Source: Bdellovibrio sp. (lineage in GTDB: Bacteria; Bdellovibrionota; Bdellovibrionia; Bdellovibrionales; Bdellovibrionaceae). Taken from it: a stretch of DNA of 64,000 bases. Positions within the stretch are counted from its first letter, which is position 1; each line of letters opens with the position of its first letter. The notes under the pieces are model-generated. The model did not search any database and was not told the DNA's origin. It saw nothing but the letters and a program-made list of their open reading frames with translations. The translations under genes and the position numbers were made by a program. The stretch lies in assembly GCA_036677065.1 (NCBI GenBank), contig JAKFBS010000002.1, positions 480,001 to 544,000 of the forward strand, read 5' to 3'. Below, piece after piece: positions 9,181 through 18,326 of this stretch.

Positions 9181-10627
9181 TTTCGCGAAAAAATTTATTA
9201 AACAGATTTTCGGTCACGATGTGACGAAATGTATCTGATGCACGCAAATCACTTAATGGCGTAATTTCGGCGTGCAAATGATCTAAAGCTTTTTCTAATA
9301 AGACTTTGTCAATTTTTTCGTTCGTTAAGCTTTTTTCAGTTTTATACAAACGTAGTGTCGTAGCTGCAACGCCACCGACGGCGATTTTAATATCTTTAAT
9401 CTTCGTTTTTTCTTTATCAGCCCATAATACACGCGCTGCAAAGTTAACTGCCGAAATATCTAAATCTTTACGCTGAGAAATTTTATAAAGCGCTAAAGAT
9501 TCATGTTTTTGCGGAATATCAAAATGCAAAGCTACAATAAGCTCTTTCGAAGTCAGTGCAATTTTTCGGTAGTCTAAAAAGAAGGACTCTAATTTTACGA
9601 AACGCTTTTTGCCTGGTCCATGAATTTCGACTTCAGTGTTCATGGTTAATAAAAATGGAGGCGTATCAGCAATCGGCGAAGCATTTGCGACGTTTCCCAC
9701 TAAAGTAGCTAAATTTTTAATTTGTGGTGATGCAAATAAATCTAAAAATCTGGCAAATTCGGGAATCAGATCTTTCACATACAAACGCAAGTCACTTAAT
9801 GTAACACGAGCACCAACTGACAAGCGCGTTTTCGATGTTTTTTCGATGTCATATAATTCAGGCACTAGATGTAAACTTAAAGTCTGAGATAAACGCGATT
9901 TGCGTTTATTATGCACAACTCCCAGATCTGTCGCCGCAGCAACAATTTTAGCCGATTTATTTTTACCTAAGAAAGCAACAGCATCTTTGATTTTAATAGG
10001 TGCAAAGAACGAAAATTTATCGCTAGTTAATGCAATTGGTACTTTTAAATGAGCTGCCACATCTTTTTGCGAAGCAAGGCTTAAAAATCTTTTGCTCACC
10101 GATTCAGATTCACTCAAAGAAATACTTTTCGCAGCATCAATAATGGGCTGATAACCGGTGCAGCGACAAAGGTTACCTGTGGTCGCATTTTTAGCATCAC
10201 AAGAAGTAATTTCTGTTTGTTTTTGGCAAAGTTTTTTCTCGACTAAACCAGTCAACGCCATCACAAAGCCCGGAGTACAAAAACCGCACTGACTGCCGTG
10301 GCAAGTCATCATCGCCTTTTGCACAGGCGTATGTTCTGGATTCGCCAAGGCATCAACAGTGACTAAATGTGAGCCATCCATCTGGGCTATGGTAGTCACA
10401 CAAGAATTGATCGGTAAAAAAATATTTTTCTTTTTTCCAGATTGATAAGGGTAAAAACGCAGCACCGAACAGGCACCGCAATCCCCCTCAGCACAAACGA
10501 TTTTTGTACCTGTAAGATTCTTATGATAACGAAGATAATCTGAAAGCATCACACCGGCCTGTTCGCCCGAAATTTGATGTCTTTCACCATTAAGATAAAA
10601 TAGGATGTAATTGCGTGTCTTCATCAA
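9161..10627 (-). CDS. xdhA: Xanthine dehydrogenase small subunit (2x[2Fe-2S] + FAD)
   Basis: CAEGDCGAC, SQCGFCTPG, GNLCRCTGY, FASPQIKNLATLVGN, KISQRKDLDIS. Confidence 0.95.
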   Translation of the reverse strand: MMKTRNYILFYLNGERHQISGEQAGVMLSDYLRYHKNLTGTKIVCAEGDCGACSVLRFYPYQSGKKKNIFLPINSCVTTIAQMDGSHLVTVDALANPEHTPVQKAMMTCHGSQCGFCTPGFVMALTGLVEKKLCQKQTEITSCDAKNATTGNLCRCTGYQPIIDAAKSISLSESESVSKRFLSLASQKDVAAHLKVPIALTSDKFSFFAPIKIKDAVAFLGKNKSAKIVAAATDLGVVHNKRKSRLSQTLSLHLVPELYDIEKTSKTRLSVGARVTLSDLRLYVKDLIPEFARFLDLFASPQIKNLATLVGNVANASPIADTPPFLLTMNTEVEIHGPGKKRFVKLESFFLDYRKIALTSKELIVALHFDIPQKHESLALYKISQRKDLDISAVNFAARVLWADKEKTKIKDIKIAVGGVAATTLRLYKTEKSLTNEKIDKVLLEKALDHLHAEITPLSDLRASDTFRHIVTENLFNKFFRENGANHE

Positions 10628-10689
10628 TCTTCATTGTTCCCTTAAAACGCTCTTGATCTAAAGATTTTTCTTTTGTAACGTAGTTCGTC

Positions 10690-11154
10690 ATGAGCAATCA
10701 ATATATGAAAAGAGCCATTGAGCTTTCAAAAAATAATATCGCCCACGGCGGCGGTCCCTTTGGCGCTGTCATTGTAAAAGATGGTAAAATTATCGGTGAA
10801 GGTTTTAACAAGGTCACTGCTAACAACGACCCCACAGCCCACGCAGAGGTTGAAGCCATCCGTGAAGCTTGTAAGAACATCAGCAACTTTGATTTAAACG
10901 GTGCCGAAATTTATACCAGCTGCGAACCCTGCCCTATGTGCTTATCGGCTATTTACTGGGCGCGGTTATCAAAGGTTTATTACGCCAATACAAAAAAAGA
11001 TGCTGCAGATATCGAATTTGATGATGCTTTCATCTACACTGAAATTCCGAAACCTATCGAGCAGCGCAAAATTTCAATGGTGCAGATGATGCGCCCCGAA
11101 GCTTTAGAAGTTTTTAAAGCTTGGCAAACTTCAACAGTAAAAATTAAGTACTAG
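10690..11154 (+). CDS. guaD: Guanine deaminase, cytidine-deaminase fold (B. subtilis GuaD type)
   Basis: GGPFGAV, DPTAHAEVEAIR, SCEPCPMCLSAIYWA, FDDAFIY; divergent from xdhABC. Confidence 0.85.
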   Translation: MSNQYMKRAIELSKNNIAHGGGPFGAVIVKDGKIIGEGFNKVTANNDPTAHAEVEAIREACKNISNFDLNGAEIYTSCEPCPMCLSAIYWARLSKVYYANTKKDAADIEFDDAFIYTEIPKPIEQRKISMVQMMRPEALEVFKAWQTSTVKIKY

Positions 11155-11206
11155 GCATACGAATTGTAACTTTGTTTTGGAACATGATTCCAATCGAGGT
11201 AAAACA

Positions 11207-11617
11207 ATGCATAATGCCCCAATATTTAAACGGCGCACGTTTTTACAAAATATTTTCGGTTTTTCGATACTTCTATCAGCTACGAGTCTGTCTATTTTTT
11301 CGGGGTGTTCGGGCAGTGGCAGTAGCTCCGATGATCCGAACTCAGCCTTAGACGATGGCGGAAGCTGTATCGTCAACGGCACTCAAATCGAAATTCAAAG
11401 TAGGCATACGCCGAATCACACGCTTCTCATTTCAAAAGATGACGTTAATGCTGGAGTTCAAAAAACCTATATTTTAGAAGACAACGGTTCTGGACACATT
11501 CACGCCGTGACACTTTCTTCAGCTGACTTTGCCACATTACGAACCAATAGCGCCATTCAACTTGTAAGCACGACCGATGATGCTCATTCGCACGTTATCG
11601 CCGTTGGCTGCGCCTAA
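11207..11617 (+). CDS. Putative Tat-exported His-rich lipoprotein
   Basis: KRRTFL twin-Arg, FSGC lipobox, His clusters (HTPNH, HIH, HSH); GAGGT RBS before ATG 11207. Confidence 0.7.
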   Translation: MHNAPIFKRRTFLQNIFGFSILLSATSLSIFSGCSGSGSSSDDPNSALDDGGSCIVNGTQIEIQSRHTPNHTLLISKDDVNAGVQKTYILEDNGSGHIHAVTLSSADFATLRTNSAIQLVSTTDDAHSHVIAVGCA

Positions 11618-11623
11618 ATCTTG

Positions 11624-11639
11624 TGGCCGCCCACTTGCA
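11624..11639 (+). promoter_or_regulatory. Putative sigma54 promoter
   Basis: TGGCCG-CCCAC-TTGCA upstream of 11673. Confidence 0.6.
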
Positions 11640-11672
11640 TTTTTATTCACCGCTTAAGTCAAAGGAGGCTTT

Positions 11673-12251
11673 ATGGAACAAAACAAACCAAGTAACGCTA
11701 CGACCGAAATAGATGCCGCTGCAGAGCGCGCACGGGCTGCCGCAACTAATATTGCCACTAACGCACCGGTCACAACTACAAACACACCTACTGTCATTGC
11801 CGAAGGTGAAATTCGTCAGCTTTTAGAAGAATTTGCAGATTCAGTTCGCAGCGGAAAAATAGAAGATATCATGTCGTTTTATGATCCAAGCTTAGTCGCC
11901 TTCGATGTCGCCCCTCCCCTACGCTTTACTAGCGCTATTGAATATAAAAAAAACTGGGAAACCATGTTCACATCGGCTATGGAATTTCCGGTCACTTACG
12001 AATGGAGTGAAGAAAGAATTTTTGCAAGTGGTGATATTGGTATTTTTCACTGCCTGATTCACACGGCAGGCACATTTAAAAATCCGCCACAAGGCCAAGA
12101 TAAAAATATGGACTGCTGGGGCCGCTATACGTGTGCCTTGAAAAAAACGAATAATCGCTGGCGCATTGTGCACGAACACTTTTCAGTGCCCGTGGGTGAA
12201 GATGGCCAAGGTTTAATGAATTTAAAACCTGGCTTTCAGGCTTCTCATTAG
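11673..12251 (+). CDS. YybH/SnoaL (NTF2-like) family protein
   Basis: AFDVAPPL, WGRYTCALKK..WRIVHEHFSVP; AGGAGG RBS. Confidence 0.85.
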   Translation: MEQNKPSNATTEIDAAAERARAAATNIATNAPVTTTNTPTVIAEGEIRQLLEEFADSVRSGKIEDIMSFYDPSLVAFDVAPPLRFTSAIEYKKNWETMFTSAMEFPVTYEWSEERIFASGDIGIFHCLIHTAGTFKNPPQGQDKNMDCWGRYTCALKKTNNRWRIVHEHFSVPVGEDGQGLMNLKPGFQASH

Positions 12252-12261
12252 CCATGCACCA

Positions 12262-13698
12262 TTAAATTGGTGAATTATTAGAGCATTGCATTTTACGGAA
12301 CTGATCCATTTTTGAATAAATGAGATCAGCCCACAATTCATTAACTCTAGAGTTTAAGGCATCGCCTTTTAAACCGGTTTGTTTTTCAACAAGCTTTTTA
12401 AAAGGCATGTCGACATCGTGAAAATTTGAAACTTGTAAGATCGTCATTAAATCCTGACGAGAAACTAAATCTAAACGAGCCACGAAATCACGGCGAGCTT
12501 GTTCGGTAACTGTTTTTAATCCCGGTAAATCTTTATTAGGACCTTTTCCCGGCTGCGCTGTCAGTGTACAATTATTATCTGCAAACATACTTAAAGCTCG
12601 ATAGGCATTATAGTCGCCACGCGGGTGATTTTTATTTTTAACAAATTTTAAATCACGGTTTCCAAAAGCAGAACCTAAATCATGGGTTCCGGCAATCGGT
12701 GAATTACAAAGTTTTTTAAGACCATCAGCAGATTTCACAACATTTGCCTCTTCACACAATAACACATGCTGCGAACCGCGCTCTTCGACAGTGTGAACTA
12801 GATTAATAAATAACGCTAAAACCTGAATTTCGTGCTGCTGCAAAACTGATAATTTTTTGAAATTCGTAATGTATTCATCCCAGCGCCAAGGCGTATTTAC
12901 AAAAGTTTTTCCAAGTTTTGGATTTGAAGTAAAAGCCTTCATGATACGTTTACCTTCAAATTTTCTCTCGATGCTTGCGCCCGGGAAAATATTTGTTTTA
13001 GCTACTGGAACTAACTGCGGTTCTAAACCGTTCTTCCAAGGGTCAGTATCACAACCAAAACACACCACTTCATTCACCGGATAATAATTTTCAGACGGAA
13101 AGCCCATCATCCAGGCTAAGCGAGTAGCGACGCTGCTCGTGTAAGCTTCGCGGTGACGCCATTCATTTAATTCTGATTGATTTTTCATGCCCTCTTGAGA
13201 CACCTTAAAACGAACTTTTAAAACATCACCGATCATGGGTTTTACTTCACCTTTTTTGGTCGTATAAGTGATCACACTGCCATCTTTACGAACCATAACG
13301 TCTTCTTCAAGTTTACCGGCGATAACAACATCTTTAATCATCGCAGCCTCTTGAGAAAGCTGGCCTTTATCAGACATCATTACATTTTTATCATCAGTTC
13401 TGACACAGCGAAATTTATTGCTTGAGCCATTTTGGTAACGGTAAAAATAACGGCAAAACAAACGGCTTTGCGCCATAATTTGGGGTTCACTGCTCTTAGC
13501 TCCGGCAATGATTTCATCAGGTGTTTTTTTAGCTGGAGCAGGTAATAAAAAACGAGACTCATGCAAACAATTAATGCGGTTAGCGTCTTTATTGCTGATG
13601 GGCTTTTCTAGATCGGTAAAAATCTCGCAGGCGGCAAAGCTAGTTTGAGCAAAGGCAGACGTCATTAAAACCATAGCTAAAATACGAGATAATTTCAT
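12262..13698 (-). CDS. Secreted atypical protein-kinase-fold protein, probable pseudokinase
   Basis: Signal peptide; GSSNKF, LKVRFK, EAYTSSVATRLAWMMGFP, ASIERK, HDLGSAFG; GGAG RBS before ATG 13698; fold is a by-eye call. Confidence 0.6.
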   Translation of the reverse strand: MKLSRILAMVLMTSAFAQTSFAACEIFTDLEKPISNKDANRINCLHESRFLLPAPAKKTPDEIIAGAKSSEPQIMAQSRLFCRYFYRYQNGSSNKFRCVRTDDKNVMMSDKGQLSQEAAMIKDVVIAGKLEEDVMVRKDGSVITYTTKKGEVKPMIGDVLKVRFKVSQEGMKNQSELNEWRHREAYTSSVATRLAWMMGFPSENYYPVNEVVCFGCDTDPWKNGLEPQLVPVAKTNIFPGASIERKFEGKRIMKAFTSNPKLGKTFVNTPWRWDEYITNFKKLSVLQQHEIQVLALFINLVHTVEERGSQHVLLCEEANVVKSADGLKKLCNSPIAGTHDLGSAFGNRDLKFVKNKNHPRGDYNAYRALSMFADNNCTLTAQPGKGPNKDLPGLKTVTEQARRDFVARLDLVSRQDLMTILQVSNFHDVDMPFKKLVEKQTGLKGDALNSRVNELWADLIYSKMDQFRKMQCSNNSPI

Positions 13699-13723
13699 AA
13701 GATTCTCCAACATGAATTAACAA

Positions 13724-13739
13724 AGCAACCAGAGTGCCA
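13724..13739 (-). promoter_or_regulatory. sigma54 promoter, full consensus
   Basis: - strand TGGCAC-TCTGG-TTGCT. Confidence 0.8.
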
Positions 13740-13862
13740 CTTCAGCTGGTGTTTATTTGTCTTAGAACCGCCAGAAAACGCAAAAAGGCTCCAGATATTG
13801 ACAACTTGTCGAATATCTAAACAGCAAGAACAGTCTCAAATTGACTACAGACAAAGTCCTCT

Positions 13863-13878
13863 TGGCACCTGGCTTGAA
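13863..13878 (+). promoter_or_regulatory. Putative sigma54 promoter
   Basis: TGGCAC-CTGGC-TTGAA (perfect -24 box, -12 GC changed to GA). Confidence 0.55.
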
Positions 13879-13921
13879 GTTGTAACTTTCGGTAAAAAAA
13901 GCTTTCTTCGGGAGATAAAAA

Positions 13922-15403
13922 ATGAGCCTACGCAAATCTTCGTTAATTTTTGTGGTTTTTCCAGGTCTATTGGCAACAGCACCTGCCTTTGCTTTGATGG
14001 ATCTAAAAACCGCGCGCGGAAGCCAAACGATGAACTATGCCAAAAACGAAGTTTGCGTGATTCCCAGAAAGTTTCCGAATATCGATGCAAAAAAACAAAA
14101 TCAATCTAACTATTCGAATAAGGATTTAGAGAGCGAATTAGAATTATGCCGCATGGATTTTTATGCCCAATCCCCGTTTACTAAAAATACTTCTACAAGC
14201 TATGCTACTGGCTTATGCCCGAAATTACATAACACCAATCCAGGCCTTGAAATTTATGAAATTCAACAGGGCGATAATAAACAAGCTTTAGAAAATAGAA
14301 TTTGCGATATGCCCTCAGATCTGCGCGATGGCACTAAGTTAGCAAAATACAAATTAAGCACGAGCTGCAGTTACACGCCGTCAATTTTAGCTTATTATCA
14401 TGTGTCTCGCATTATGGGAGACCTGTTAAAAGTTCCGCCAGTGGTGTTACGCACAATGGATGTTGAAACTTATAAAGCTGTGCCGTTAAAGGGAAAAAAA
14501 ACTTTATCTAAAGGCGGCGTTATCGCCGCTACGTGGAAAAACGTGATCAACCAGTTAAATAACCCCACGACAGATAAACGTGGCCCTTATTTGTTTACTC
14601 ATGATTACCAACAAACTTTCGGCGGCTTAATGAAAAACGCCAAAGGTGAAGCTGATTGGTCAGAAATTTCTAATGATGCTGGCGGCGATCAAATGGCGCG
14701 TGGCAAAGCCTTTATGCAAGAGCAAGTGTATTTAGATTTAATTAATCCAAATTTAACCTCTGAGTTTGTTGGCCAAAACTGGGATCAAAACAATGCGCAA
14801 CGCGTGCGTTTAATGGGTGATGCCGCAGATATGTTGGTTTTAGATTTTATTTTACGCCAAGAAGATCGTTTTAATAATATCGCTTACAAGCTTGAAGTGT
14901 CAGGGCTTGTGAAAAATGCGCAAGGCCTGCTTGATATTAAATCTATCGATGTTAAAAAAGCGGATTCACCTGAAGAGTTAGCTAAAGCCAATTTAGAGTT
15001 TAAAACTAAATACAATACAAACGGTTTCGCAATTCGCCGTATTATGCTTAAAGATAACGACTGTGGCGTAGCTGTTGAAGGCCCTGTAGCCCGTACAGGT
15101 ATTGCTGAAAAATTAAAAATGTTAGAAAACATTCGTCATTTGAAAAAATCAACTTACAACCAGCTCTTACGTTTTAATTTATATTTATCAAGCGCCAGTT
15201 CTGCCGGCTATGCCAAAGACTTTTTCATTAAAGAAACAATGATGACAGATAAAGATTACGGGCAATTTGTGCTAAACACGAAACGCTTGGCTGAGGGTTT
15301 AAAATCATTATGTAACGCAGGCAAATTACATTTAGATCTACAATTAGAAACCCATTTCGGCGCAAGTTACAAAGCTGGCGCACAAAACTGCTCTGTAGAT
15401 TAA
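13922..15403 (+). CDS. Secreted Fam20C/Four-jointed-like atypical kinase
   Basis: Signal peptide; AKYK, ILAYYHVSRIMGDLLKVPPVVLR, DMLVLDFILRQEDRFNN, IMLKDNDCG. Confidence 0.7.
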   Translation: MSLRKSSLIFVVFPGLLATAPAFALMDLKTARGSQTMNYAKNEVCVIPRKFPNIDAKKQNQSNYSNKDLESELELCRMDFYAQSPFTKNTSTSYATGLCPKLHNTNPGLEIYEIQQGDNKQALENRICDMPSDLRDGTKLAKYKLSTSCSYTPSILAYYHVSRIMGDLLKVPPVVLRTMDVETYKAVPLKGKKTLSKGGVIAATWKNVINQLNNPTTDKRGPYLFTHDYQQTFGGLMKNAKGEADWSEISNDAGGDQMARGKAFMQEQVYLDLINPNLTSEFVGQNWDQNNAQRVRLMGDAADMLVLDFILRQEDRFNNIAYKLEVSGLVKNAQGLLDIKSIDVKKADSPEELAKANLEFKTKYNTNGFAIRRIMLKDNDCGVAVEGPVARTGIAEKLKMLENIRHLKKSTYNQLLRFNLYLSSASSAGYAKDFFIKETMMTDKDYGQFVLNTKRLAEGLKSLCNAGKLHLDLQLETHFGASYKAGAQNCSVD

Positions 15404-16170
15404 GCTGATTTTGTATTTTTTAATTCGTCGATATTAAGTCTGCGGCCCGAGCCTTCGCCGGGATATTTTTTATGATTGGCTCCGGGATAAGCATAACCGT
15501 TGATCAGCACCCTGCGCGGCGTAGCTGAAACATTCTTGGTGCTTGCATGAATAACATACGGGTGAAATAAAACAATATCACCTGGTTGCATTAATAATTC
15601 TTCGGCCTGCGAAATATCGACCACAGAATTTATATCTGCGATATTATTTAAGCCCATATGATTTAATTTATTACTGCCGGCAATGAATTTCACCGGGCCT
15701 TTATCTGCTGTCACTTCGTCAATGGCAATGAGAGTTTGCACATAACTTCCAAGACCATTCACATCTGTCCAATCACTTGTTCCAAAACCGCGATGCTGGC
15801 TATCCTGGTGCCATTCAAATTCAATATCATCACCTGGCATTTTAAAATGAATTTGATTAATCAATTGATCCATTTCGACCGTGCCTAAAAGTTGGCTCAC
15901 GGGTTCTAGAATACGTAGATCAGCACCAAAATCTAAAAGATTTTTTTCATGGGCCCCTGCCCATACCACTCGGTGCAAAGCCTGGTTTTCAAAAACAAAT
16001 TGTGAACCGTTAAAAACTTGAGATGTTAAATTTAATTTTTTACTGGATTGAAGCAGCCCTTCGGTCGCCGAAATCATTTGCGCTAAATCCTGCCTGCTAA
16101 ATACTTTGGGTATTACAATAAAGCCGCGTTCATAGAATTCTGCTATCTGTAGTTTCGAAAGTGTTGCCAT
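15400..16170 (-). CDS. Phytanoyl-CoA dioxygenase family Fe(II)/2OG enzyme
   Basis: FYERGFIVI, FKMPG, WHQD, GDIVLFHPYVIHAS, RRVL. Confidence 0.9.
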   Translation of the reverse strand: MATLSKLQIAEFYERGFIVIPKVFSRQDLAQMISATEGLLQSSKKLNLTSQVFNGSQFVFENQALHRVVWAGAHEKNLLDFGADLRILEPVSQLLGTVEMDQLINQIHFKMPGDDIEFEWHQDSQHRGFGTSDWTDVNGLGSYVQTLIAIDEVTADKGPVKFIAGSNKLNHMGLNNIADINSVVDISQAEELLMQPGDIVLFHPYVIHASTKNVSATPRRVLINGYAYPGANHKKYPGEGSGRRLNIDELKNTKSA

Positions 16171-16303
16171 GACATTATTTTCGCAAGTCTACAGATTTAC
16201 AGAAAGTCTTGATTCACAAAACCTGGACGAAAGACTTTTAACTCAAGCCCAAAACGTTGGCCCACATCCATGTTAGCCAACATCCAATCTCTTTTTGCTA
16301 ATT

Positions 16304-16768
16304 TCACTGCATATTGCGGCCGGTTCGCGACGCGGGAGCGCTTTGCGATATTCGGCTCACTGCAGCCTCAAACTGCTCTGGTGAAAATTCAGAAAGAGAA
16401 ATATCTCCTAATGATAAAACTCCAACTAATCTTTTATCCCGGTTCAAGACCGGAAGACGACGAACTTGATTATCACCTAAATTACGTGTGACTTCTTCAA
16501 GCGTTTGATCTTCAAAGCAGTACAACACTTTTTTAGACATCACTTCATGTACTTTTGTTGTGTCTGGCGATAGGCCCGAGGCCACACCGCGAATGGCGAT
16601 ATCACGGTCAGTGACTGTACCGATTAATTTATCGTTTTCTTGAATTGGTAAAAAACCAAAATCCCCGTCGCGCATCAAACAAGCCACTTCTTTGAGTGAC
16701 ATGTCGGGGCGCCCAAGCTCTACATAATTTGACATGCATTCTTTGACTAACATAAATTTCTCCTTCAC
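16304..16768 (-). CDS. CBS domain pair protein
   Basis: LIGTVTDRDIAIR, QVRRLPVLNRDKRLVGVLSLGDI; start may be 16753. Confidence 0.92.
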   Translation of the reverse strand: MKEKFMLVKECMSNYVELGRPDMSLKEVACLMRDGDFGFLPIQENDKLIGTVTDRDIAIRGVASGLSPDTTKVHEVMSKKVLYCFEDQTLEEVTRNLGDNQVRRLPVLNRDKRLVGVLSLGDISLSEFSPEQFEAAVSRISQSAPASRTGRNMQ

Positions 16769-17251
16769 TTATGGTGTTGTTATTTCCAGTCGTTCTTGCT
16801 CTGGTGATAAATCCACACCGACATGGTCTTTAGCAACTAGAGTATACCCGTGATAAGCGGCCACCACTGTTAAGCCAAAACCTAATCCTGTGATCATGGT
16901 ATTGATTATATTCGGAAGAACGTTTGCATTGAAGGTTCCCCAAATTAGATACAGATTTATCGAAAATAAAATTAAAGACGTTACATTTAAGGCTGCGTGG
17001 ATGTAGCCCCGCTTTTTTGCTGGCGAGCTTTTCGGCACGCCTGCATATAAATCAATGGCTCCTGGCAGAGCCGCAATAACTGCAGCACACACACCGGCAA
17101 GATTTGTCATAAATGCCACACGATACCAAAAAAGATTTTCTGTACCCTGAAATAAACAAAAACTAACAAAAGCACCAGTATAAAATACGATGGGAAAACT
17201 GACCAACATTGGGTGAACGGCCCGCCCCAATATTTTGACTTTGCTATACAT
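16769..17251 (-). CDS. DUF2231 membrane protein
   Basis: HPMLVSFPI, AALPGAID, HAALN, GYTLV..HVGV; AAGGA RBS before ATG 17251. Confidence 0.85.
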   Translation of the reverse strand: MYSKVKILGRAVHPMLVSFPIVFYTGAFVSFCLFQGTENLFWYRVAFMTNLAGVCAAVIAALPGAIDLYAGVPKSSPAKKRGYIHAALNVTSLILFSINLYLIWGTFNANVLPNIINTMITGLGFGLTVVAAYHGYTLVAKDHVGVDLSPEQERLEITTP

Positions 17252-17291
17252 AATAATTTCCTTTCGTTTAAGGTTTAATACAGTTTTAATG

Positions 17292-17307
17292 AGCAAGTTA
17301 AAGGCCC
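17292..17307 (-). promoter_or_regulatory. Putative sigma54 promoter for DUF2231-CBS
   Basis: - strand GGGCCT-TTAAC-TTGCT. Confidence 0.5.
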
Positions 17308-17365
17308 GCGTTAAAAAACTTATGCTGCCTTATCCCAATTTGAGACTCGAAACTTTAGAATACTT

Positions 17366-17391
17366 TAAAGATCGCAGGCCTTAGGTCCGAT
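17366..17391 (+). promoter_or_regulatory. Putative sigma28/FliA promoter
   Basis: TAAAG-N16-CCGAT, 11 nt before ATG 17403. Confidence 0.6.
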
Positions 17392-17402
17392 ACCTAGACT
17401 AT

Positions 17403-18314
17403 ATGCCAGATCAATACCTGCACCGCATTTTACCTCATATTAAAGATACCTTCTCTGATGCAGAAATTTCTATTAAGGCAAACCACGCTGTGGTTGAAAA
17501 CTTAAATCACAATTTTACTTTGATCTTAGAAGATAACAAAATTCACAACGACGATTCGTTTGGTTTTGTTAAATTGAAAGTACCGATTGATAGCCAAGGT
17601 TTAAATTACGAACAGCTGAATCTATTTGTCGCGCAAATGAATCATTGTCATCGCGGTTGCCACTGGGCCATAGACACCGTTACAGATACGATGTCATCAG
17701 ATGAGGTGCAACTTTATCTCTATGCTACGATGATTACAGAACTTGGCCGTCGAATTGATGATAAAGATCAGATCGTGATGGAAATTTTAAATTTACAAAA
17801 AATGAAATATTACACTGATCAGTATTTAACCGAGATGAAATCTAATCCGTTGTGGCTAAAAAGTTTTTCATTAACTTATGGTAAAAATATTATTCCCTGT
17901 TTAGCGCCCGAGAATTTTTTAAATCCAGAAGATAATTCGATTTACAAGCGCACGATCAAGCATATGGAAAAGCTGAATTATCGCATCGAACAGATCAATG
18001 GCTCATGTTTTAAAGTGACCAACGAAAAGCTGACGGTTTCGGTTCTGACTTTTCTAGGGCCAGAACTTATGAGTATTTATTCAGTGGTCACAGAAGAAAA
18101 TAAAACTTTTCTGAATCTAAAAAAACTGCTGAATGAACGCAATCAAGACTTGATCATGGGCCATTATGAAATATCGCCTATTGCCCAGATCGTAGGATAC
18201 ACTAACTACCTACGTTTAGCTGATGGCATGCGTGATATTAAGCTACGTTTGTTTTTAGACTCTCCAGACATTGCTAAAATGATTTATTTTGACAATCAAT
18301 CTGTTGCCGCCTAA
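17403..18314 (+). CDS. Hypothetical protein, possibly two YbjN/T3SS-chaperone-like domains
   Basis: Two helix-N-x4-G-aromatic segments (AQMNHCHRGCHWAID; NERNQDLIMGHYEIS). Confidence 0.5.
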   Translation: MPDQYLHRILPHIKDTFSDAEISIKANHAVVENLNHNFTLILEDNKIHNDDSFGFVKLKVPIDSQGLNYEQLNLFVAQMNHCHRGCHWAIDTVTDTMSSDEVQLYLYATMITELGRRIDDKDQIVMEILNLQKMKYYTDQYLTEMKSNPLWLKSFSLTYGKNIIPCLAPENFLNPEDNSIYKRTIKHMEKLNYRIEQINGSCFKVTNEKLTVSVLTFLGPELMSIYSVVTEENKTFLNLKKLLNERNQDLIMGHYEISPIAQIVGYTNYLRLADGMRDIKLRLFLDSPDIAKMIYFDNQSVAA

Positions 18315-18326
18315 AAAAACTGTTCC

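Noticed and set aside
10690..11154. tRNA adenosine deaminase TadA
   Set aside because: The FDDxFIY tail and linkage to xdhABC fit guanine deaminase better
13798..14109. 103-aa + and 81-aa - ORFs overlapping the kinase gene start
   Set aside because: They overlap the promoter region and the better-supported 493-aa ORF, with no RBS or motif
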